This document shows, in pieces, positions 1-8,200 of a stretch of DNA of 41,503 nt; positions within the stretch are counted from its first letter, which is position 1; the number at the start of each line of letters is the position of its first letter. Source of the DNA: Gemmatimonadota bacterium. Its GTDB lineage: Bacteria; 4572-55; J002. The notes beneath the pieces were generated by a model. It did not search any database. It was not told the origin of the DNA and saw only the letters and a program-made list of their open reading frames with translations. The DNA lies in assembly GCA_003697105.1 (NCBI GenBank), contig RFFQ01000046.1:1-41503 (forward strand). Reading direction: 5' to 3'. The position numbers and the translations under genes were made by a program.

Positions 1-2153
1 AAAAAGGTATCCTGACAGACACTTTCGTAAACCGGTTCCCACGAGACATAAAAACTAAAGGTGGTATCGGCGCACAAATCCGCCTGCCGAACATCAAACG
101 AAAGGGTGGTTGTAGAATCCCCAAACAGCGTCCCACCATTGCCTGTATAAGTAAAATCACCATTTCCGGCATTATAGCTCCAATCCGAAGCAACATTTTC
201 CACCGTCAACGTACTGGCATTTAAGTCCGATTGAATCACAAAATTAAGGGCACGCCCCCCATTGGTGTTAGTAACCGGAAGCGAAACCGTTTCGGGATAA
301 CCACTCTCCACATTGACCGTACCGGGAAAGGTGATGTTCACGTTGGGTTGTTTTAGCAAGAACGTTAAGCCAGTGGATACCGTTTGCGAACCGGTAGTAC
401 ATGGCTCGCCTGCTGTAGAGGGGACCGAAAGACTATCACAACCATTCACATAGACTTCAAAGGAATAGGTGGAATCATATCCAGCTTCAATTACCGGGAA
501 AAGTGCAGTAAAATAACGGCTGGGAATGTTTGGTGTTACATTTCCACTACCGAGAAAGGACCCGGCAACATATACAAAATCCGCGAACCATGTCGTACTA
601 TCAGTGACATTAAACAAGCGACCTTCACCCGTATTTTTAAGGCGCACTTCAACGCGGATCGTATCCTCAAACGAACCAATCACCGATGATGAAGGTGTGA
701 TCGGTGTTCCGTTTTTCTCGATAGCAACCACTTCCAAGACCAGATTCCCAATCACGACATCATGGGTAAACGTGGTGCTAGCAGAGATGGGGTTATTCTG
801 GTCATCTTCCCCCCGAATCTGCACTGGATTAATATACGTCGCGGAAAGCACCGTACAATCGGTCTGCATGTAGTGATCAATCCGCAGCGTATCCCCCACG
901 GCTAACCGTTGGGCGGCATTAAATTGCCACCGGACGGAATCTGGGGAGAAAACAGTGGTCACAAAATCTCCCGGGGAGCTCAGTGTTAAGCCACCATTAA
1001 TAATTTGGCTGGTGGACTTATAATCAAACCCAGAATCAAACACATTGATAACCGTAAAATCTTCTAGGGCGCTCCCACCGATATTGGTAATCCGGATGGA
1101 GTACCAATCGCCGGCGGTATCATTGCGGTCATGCTGGAGTTCTGCCACAAATAACTCAATCTGCAACGCCGGATCATTTGTGACCCCTGGCGAGACATCT
1201 CCCCCCGTCCGGATCACCCAATCCGTACCATTGTTGGTATCCGTACCATTGGGTGCCAACGCGATCGAATTTCCTGCCACCAAGCCGGTAATATCAATAT
1301 CGTTTACCCACGGCATATCACACGGAGGTGCATTCACATTACCTCCTGTACCATAGGCGATATAATCCACATCATTGCCCAGATCGGTGGTTAAAAGAAT
1401 ATCATCGCCAGCATCGGTAAAAAATTCACCCCCACCGGCATAAAAATGGTAAACCGGACCGACAAAATCGTCAGTACCACTCCCTGCATGGAACACGACA
1501 TATTCACCCGCGCCAACAATTTGATCCGGAAAGGTGTAGGTATTACCATTTTGATTTGATATCGTCCAACCGTTGATATTGTCGCCCGTCACCACATAGA
1601 GTTCCACCCATTCATTGGCGGCGGCGCCAGTTACACTCGCTTCATTAATGACAAACTTACCCAAATCACCATTGGAAGTGCTAATGGAGATATTATGCGT
1701 ATCCGTATCCGTCCCCGCTGGACTCCCAAATGCCGTAACCGAACTGACAATAGATGAAGGCAGATTACAGGTGGTCAGCAGGTCATACGTGATCACAATA
1801 CTATCGCCCGGCGCTAACACATCATTTGAAAAATTGAAAAAGATGAGACTGTCTGGGGAAGGATTGGAATAACTGAGGGTAATTCCACTACCATTGCGGG
1901 TAGCTGTGGGAGCCGGAGTCGAATCAAACAGCAGGCTATCGGGTAGATTATTAACGACCCAGAGCGAATCTGTCGCCGCCCCCGCCGTATTCCGAATCGT
2001 GATCGTAAAGGTTTCGCCATTGGCATCATTCCGGGTCATGGAGGCGGGACCCGAATGGGTCACACTCAACGTTTGCGAGAAGACAATCGGCGTATAAAAG
2101 AACCCAATGATAAGACCGATCAAAACCACACATGAGTAAAATCGAGGTGACAT
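1..2153 (-). CDS. Large secreted surface protein with DUF11-like/Ig domains and a lamin-tail domain (LTD); 3' end runs off the window
   Basis: Not in the ORF track because it has no stop in the window. Translated by hand from ATG 2153 (AGGA upstream): MSPRFYSCVVLIGLIIGFFYTPIVFSQ signal peptide, then FTITIRN..VVNNLPDSLLF..LAPGDSIVITY (DUF11-like), FVINEAS..NEWVELY..GWTISNQNGNTYTFP..GEYVVFH (LTD, ~1660-1180), then further YSIRITNIG and VRLKNTG Ig-like repeats. Frame stays open to position 1. Confidence 0.9.
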   Translation of the reverse strand, partial: MSPRFYSCVVLIGLIIGFFYTPIVFSQTLSVTHSGPASMTRNDANGETFTITIRNTAGAATDSLWVVNNLPDSLLFDSTPAPTATRNGSGITLSYSNPSPDSLIFFNFSNDVLAPGDSIVITYDLLTTCNLPSSIVSSVTAFGSPAGTDTDTHNISISTSNGDLGKFVINEASVTGAAANEWVELYVVTGDNINGWTISNQNGNTYTFPDQIVGAGEYVVFHAGSGTDDFVGPVYHFYAGGGEFFTDAGDDILLTTDLGNDVDYIAYGTGGNVNAPPCDMPWVNDIDITGLVAGNSIALAPNGTDTNNGTDWVIRTGGDVSPGVTNDPALQIELFVAELQHDRNDTAGDWYSIRITNIGGSALEDFTVINVFDSGFDYKSTSQIINGGLTLSSPGDFVTTVFSPDSVRWQFNAAQRLAVGDTLRIDHYMQTDCTVLSATYINPVQIRGEDDQNNPISASTTFTHDVVIGNLVLEVVAIEKNGTPITPSSSVIGSFEDTIRVEVRLKNTGEGRLFNVTDSTTWFADFVYVAGSFLGSGNVTPNIPSRYFTALFPVIEAGYDSTYSFEVYVNGCDSLSVPSTAGEPCTTGSQTVSTGLTFLLKQPNVNITFPGTVNVESGYPETVSLPVTNTNGGRALNFVIQSDLNASTLTVENVASDWSYNAGNGDFTYTGNGGTLFGDSTTTLSFDVRQADLCADTTFSFYVSWEPVYESVCQDTF

Positions 2154-2258
2154 CACGCATTCCTGTTCAAAAAAATGATGATTACCGGCGGATCACATGT
2201 TTATTTTTTTGATACGAACTGAAAAAATCTAAAAAACAAGTCGTGGCGTGCATTCAGG

Positions 2259-5200
2259 TTATCGAATCCGAATTGGCACATAGTGCTGGTGCTTCATCCC
2301 AGAACCCCCCCGATAAGAGAGTTCAACCCAAACCGGTACAAATGTTTGCTGATAATCCGCATCCACCTGAAGGGTGACCACGTGCGTTTGATGGCTGTGC
2401 CGGGACAGTTTATTCAACCGCCATACCGACTGACCCAGATGAACTCCTTCTGCCGGGCTGGTTATATTTAATTTTACGTAATAGGCATCGCCATCACCGT
2501 TATTTTGCACAACCACCACCAGTTGCCCCGTACTACCCGTGCTGAGGGACATATCCGGGGTGAAACTATACGCCAGATACGGCAATTGCGCCGGGTCCGT
2601 GGGAATGGGAACATCCCCAAACACCGGCTCAATATCCGGTGATGGATCGGTACTCGCCAACGCCGTGTTGACGGTCTGGTTGACCTCCTGCACGGTCTGA
2701 TTAATGGATTCCATCACCGGTTCGGTTTGTGTCAATACCTCTGGATTCAAGGTCAACAAGGAGAGCATCGGTGTACTGGAAAGCGTCACCGGCGAATATA
2801 AGCCATTTTTCTCAATCAACCCAATCGTTGCCATGGGGTCAAATTGCCGGATATAATCCGGTACTTCTTGCATCAGTACGTGATCATTCTCCGCTAATTC
2901 CACCACAGCCACATCGCGGTTCTCTGCGGAGACCGGTGTCCTCACGCCACTGAGTAATTCGGGGTCGGGGGCACTGGTGAAAACTTGCTCATCCAATTTC
3001 ACCCGCAGACTGGCGAAAGGACCTTGCTTCCAATAGCTATAATCGGAAAAATCGCGATCCTCGAAGCCGGTAATATTGTAGCCCAAAATCCCTTGGAGAT
3101 TTTGGACAAGCCGCATCCCGACTTCTGCACCCAAACTGTATTGGTAGGTATTCGTCTGGTATTGATGAAGAACCCGTGCTCCAATAGTCAGGTCAAAGCG
3201 GTCTGTCAAATCGTACACCATTTCGGCTAAGCCTAAATCGGTATAGATGGTAAAGGGGTCTAATATTTCAGATTCCCAATCGGTACGCTTAATAGCATAG
3301 CGCCCGCGCAATTGCAACCGGGGCGTTTTTTGGTAAACCGCTTCGGCGGAAACCAACGTTCGGGCGGCAACATACTCCTGCCCTCGATTATAGCGGAACC
3401 GTAACATGGCTAAAACATTTAAGCGATCATGATCCAGAGGGCGAAATGCCCAACCGGCATACCCATCGGATTTGATATTATCCCGTTTGTCTTTCAAATC
3501 CTCATACCAGTAGGTTTGGCGGGCGATAAAATCCACGCCATTTTCAAACCGTTGCCGGGTTTGAAAGTCGATGACATGCTTATCGGAATCATCTCCCATC
3601 CGAATTTCATATTTACCTGAAACTTGGCTGGTGGCAGTCCGCCGGTACGCGGCATTCGCCCCGAAAACATAAAAATCTTCCCGCTGTTGCCCGCTGATTT
3701 TCTGTACAGATTCTCCCCGGACACCCAGATGAAGGGTTTCTCCGAAGGTAAATTTTTGGCGTGCCCCTTCGGTGTACGAGGTACTTTTATTATCAAACGC
3801 AGTATGAGTATAGAGGTCAGTATTTTTTAACACCGTCAATTCCAAACCGGCTTTCGCCCGCAGGGGATTTTCGGTCGAATCAATTTCATCATGTTGGTAT
3901 TCCGCGTTTCCAAACAACCGAATTTTATCAAACAGATGCAGACCTTGCCGGAAATCAAAACTGGCAGTGGATTTGGATGGGAATTGGTCAATCACATCGC
4001 CACTCAAAATTCGGGCATGACCCACCGACAGTTTGAGGTTATTCGTTGGAGCAAAGGTCAATTCGCCTTTTGCCATTTGGGACTCTTCTTTGGAAGTAGC
4101 GCCCTCGCTTTCGGTATACTGATAGCCCACAGCCGCCTCAACACCCGGTAGACCAAAGATAAGTTCCGTGTTATTGACTCGTGTTGTCAGGTCTTTATTG
4201 AGATGATCCCGAACATAGGCTTCACCTCCTAAGCTAATTTTGGTGCGGTTACGGCTACCTAAGCTGAACCGGTATCGCAGCCCATATTTTTCGGTACCCC
4301 GTTCTGCCGACGTGATGCTCGGGTTGGAAAAACTGGATTCCTGATAGCGATAGTACAATTCCACCTGCTTCGTGTTGGATAACGTTTTCACATTCATCAA
4401 GTAGGCTTTACCGGAGGAATCCGCCAATGAGGTGGGGTCTGTGTGTTTGGACTGGGCATATTCCCCTCGAACCTGAATCTTCCGGTTAAATAGGTTCGCT
4501 TTGGCATCGGTACCCAGCAATTCGTAATTTTGAAATTGATCGGCGTTTTCTTCGACCACAGCAGTGACCCCAATTTCACCCACTTCCGGATACCGGATAG
4601 CCGCACGACCGCCATATTTATAATATTTAGCATCCTGCGAGCGGCTTTCATACTGAACGATGATATAAACCGGATTCAAATCAAGGTCTAACGCTGGAAC
4701 CGCTTGCTCAAACAGAATCGACCCATCATCATAATCAATTTGATAATCAGTATGCCGGACTAAATCTTTCCGGCTCAGGATATTTTCAGAATGGAAGCGA
4801 TCCCGCACTTCCACCGTCACTTTTTCACTATTTTCCACCAGAGGGACATGAGACAAGAAGTAATAACCTGAAATACCTTCACTGGGAATTTCTTCCCGTT
4901 GAAAAGCCTGATTACTATAGGTTACAAAACCGGTGGCATTCAAATAATCATTTTCCAGATGTGTTTTGACTCCCTGATACGCCCGGTCATATCGTGTCAA
5001 TTCCGTCTGGGTCAATCCGGCGCGGTAATCACCATACATGGTATAAGACTTATTACGCTCAATCCGGACATATAAAGGAGATTGCGACTCGGAATCATAG
5101 CCCGTTTTGCTAGCATCCCCATAAATCGGATAATAACTATTCGGGTCAATTTGTTCAAACAATTTATCCTTATTGGGGACTTTACGGCTATCATATTGGG

Positions 5201-8200
5201 CTGTCAACAGATATTTCCCTAAGATTCGACCGCGCAAGAACAACTGCAGACCGGCATCGGTCCATACTTCCTCTTCGTAGTCATCCACCACATCTGGGGG
5301 CATCTTCGACCGGTCACCACTAAAGGTTTGGTAGCCAATAGTCCCTTCACCCAAAGCAACAAAGGTAAAATCCCGCAATTCCGGCAGAAATTCAATCCGT
5401 TTGGAGACTTGAAACGAGGTCGAGATCGTCGCGGTAAAAAAGCGGACTTCTGGCTCGTAGGAAGGGCTGAGTTGCACTTTAGCAAAGCCATCTTTGGTTC
5501 TCACCTGATGCCCCGGCATCCCCGGATGCGCGTCGGGAGTCACAAAATCTCCGTGGTCAATCGCGACCGTAACAAAAATGTTATCTGCCACATGAATCCC
5601 ATTTTTATCTAAGATTTCCATAATCAGTGTCGGTTCCGTAACCCCGTCCGACGTCGGATATTTGGGCTCCGTTTTGAACTTAATCTGGGCAGGACGATCC
5701 GCATAATACACATAGACCGGGTCAGATACAATCTCTTTTCGTCCCGGCATAATGGCAACCGCCACCAATTCATTTTTACCCAACTGAATCGGTACACTAA
5801 AATAGTCATATTGCGCCAAACTCACCGCGGCATTTAACCGTTTTTCGCCCACTTGGTCATTGGGGACAACCTTACCATTCACTCGCAATTCATAATTGGC
5901 GGCAAGCGGCACTTGAATACTCACCGAAATTTTGCTTCGTGTCGTGTACACCTCACCATCTTGGGGAGACAGCACAAATGCTTTTTGATTACGTTTCAGG
6001 GCAAGCAATTCTTCCCGCGTCATTTCACTCACTTCTTTGCGGGGCATTGCCGGAGTTTGCTCACCATCCACACCTTCGCTGACCCAGCTTGAGTCCACAT
6101 CGGCTAACGTTTCCGCAGATGATGACGGGACAGAGGAGGTGGGGGTCTTTGACTTCCGAATTAATTTACGACCCGAAGAGGGCTTGCCATTCACATCCGG
6201 CTTTGGTAAGGAGTCCAACTCCACCGCCTCGCCGAGGGGTTTGACTTCATACTGAATGAACGATACACCTGCGGGGACATTCTTTAAATGCCACTCTAAT
6301 TTTCCACCCTCCAGCACTACGGGATCGGGTAGGGGTCTTCCATCCATTTCGGCACTGCCCGGCACATACGCTAACTGGGGAGGGAGTTGATCCTTAACTG
6401 TTAAGGAATCAAACATGCCATCCGCTTCCAGTTTGAGTTCCATACGGGTGGATTGGCGGCGTGATTCCATGGTACTAAGTCGTTCCGGCAATTCAATGAT
6501 AACTTCCGTCCGGCGGTTTTTCTGCATATTTTCTAGGGTGGTATTCGGCGCCACCGGACGTGTTGCCGCAAAGCCCGCCCACGTCATGCGGTCCGGATCG
6601 ACCCCATGATCCACCAAATATTGGTACACCACCCGTGCCCGCGCTTCCGAAAGTTCCCAGTTGGACGGAAATTCTGGGGTGTTAATCGGACGAATATCGG
6701 TGTGTCCTTCCACCCGCCCGGTCGCTGTGGGATAAATCTCTTGCAAGATTTCCACAATACGATCCAAATAATGATAACTCCCTGGGCGTAAATCCGCCTT
6801 ACCCGTATCAAACAGAAAATCACCTAAAGTAAACGTAAGTTCATTTTCATCCGCAACAAATTCGGGTTGTAGGTTCAGCGTAAACTCCTTAGAGCGCCGC
6901 GGATTTCCACGGGCATCAGTCCATTCGATATATGCCAATCGACCCAGAACTTCCGGCATATTTTCAGTATCGACTTCCACGGCGTAGGTAAAAATACCTT
7001 TCATGCCGTCAGGGAAATCACCCAGATTCCAAATGAACTGACCGTCCACCTGCTGGGGAACCGAGTCATATGGTGCATCGTTCCACCGCACACTTTCCGG
7101 GAGATACGTTCCATTTAGGTCTTCACTAACTAAACGGACGTCCGTCATCGCCTCAAAGCTCCGGTCAATACGGAAGATATATTGGACCCGGTTCAAAGCG
7201 GGTTTTTCAGCCCCCGGCGGGAGCAAGGTGATTTCGACCCGGCGGTTGAGTGCCATATTCTTCAGGGAAGTATTCGGCACTTTCGGAATGGACGGTCCAT
7301 ACCCTTTAATGACCATATTTGCGCGATTTGCGCCCAGCGAATCCAGCGCCGCGGCGACTGCTTCTGCCCGTGCTTCCGAAAGCTCCTGATTCGACGGAAA
7401 TTCTGGGGTATGGATCGGACGAATATCGGTATGACCTTCGATTAAAATTTGCCAATCGGGGTGAGTCTCCAAAAAGGCGATCAACTGATGAAATTCATCT
7501 GGAATGCGTAATAGCTCCGCTTTACCCGTATCAAAATGAGATTCTGGAATTTCGAGAACTTGCACAGCTTCCTGTTGTTGCCCCGGTAATAAACGCACCT
7601 CCTGTGATAAATACGCTTTTTGTACGTCAATCGTCGCTAACAGTGGGCGAACCAGCCGGAAATTGGCTTTGACCAGCCCGCTTTCCATCAAATCCACAAA
7701 CTGCGTCGTAGCGGAGCCCACAAAATGATTATCAACCGGCAACGGAATCAAATCAGGCGGCACGGTAACCATATCCAGCTTGATCACATGGACACCGGGG
7801 TCAATACCGTCCACGGAATAAAGACCGTTGGCATCGGTGATAATATACCGCCCATCTTCCATATATAACCGGACTTTATGAAGTGGTACATCCCCCTCAT
7901 CAAATATCCGGTTGTTATTTTCATCAACGAATACTCGTCCCAAAAGACGTCCTTCGGGGCGAAACACACCCTCGATCACCCGGACCACGGCTTGGTCGTC
8001 ATTACTCACCAACGTCACTTCTTCAATTATTTTCACCCGTTCTGGCGAGATAATTTGTTGTGGCGGGACAACTGGATTCCCCGTCATCCGGGCAACATTG
8101 ATATGCTCGCCCACCTGGGTATTGACCCCCGCCACGGAGAGATAACGCAACGTGCGTTTTTCCTTCGGTGCTAAGCTATCTGGGATAACCCACACCGCCT

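Noticed and set aside
384-2097. Short plus-strand ORFs listed at the window start
   Set aside because: They are antisense shadows of the long minus-strand gene 1..2153.
6490-7550. Flagellar MotB or type VI TssL genes
   Set aside because: The MotB-like motifs are internal domains of the giant protein, and no flagellar or T6SS genes are nearby.
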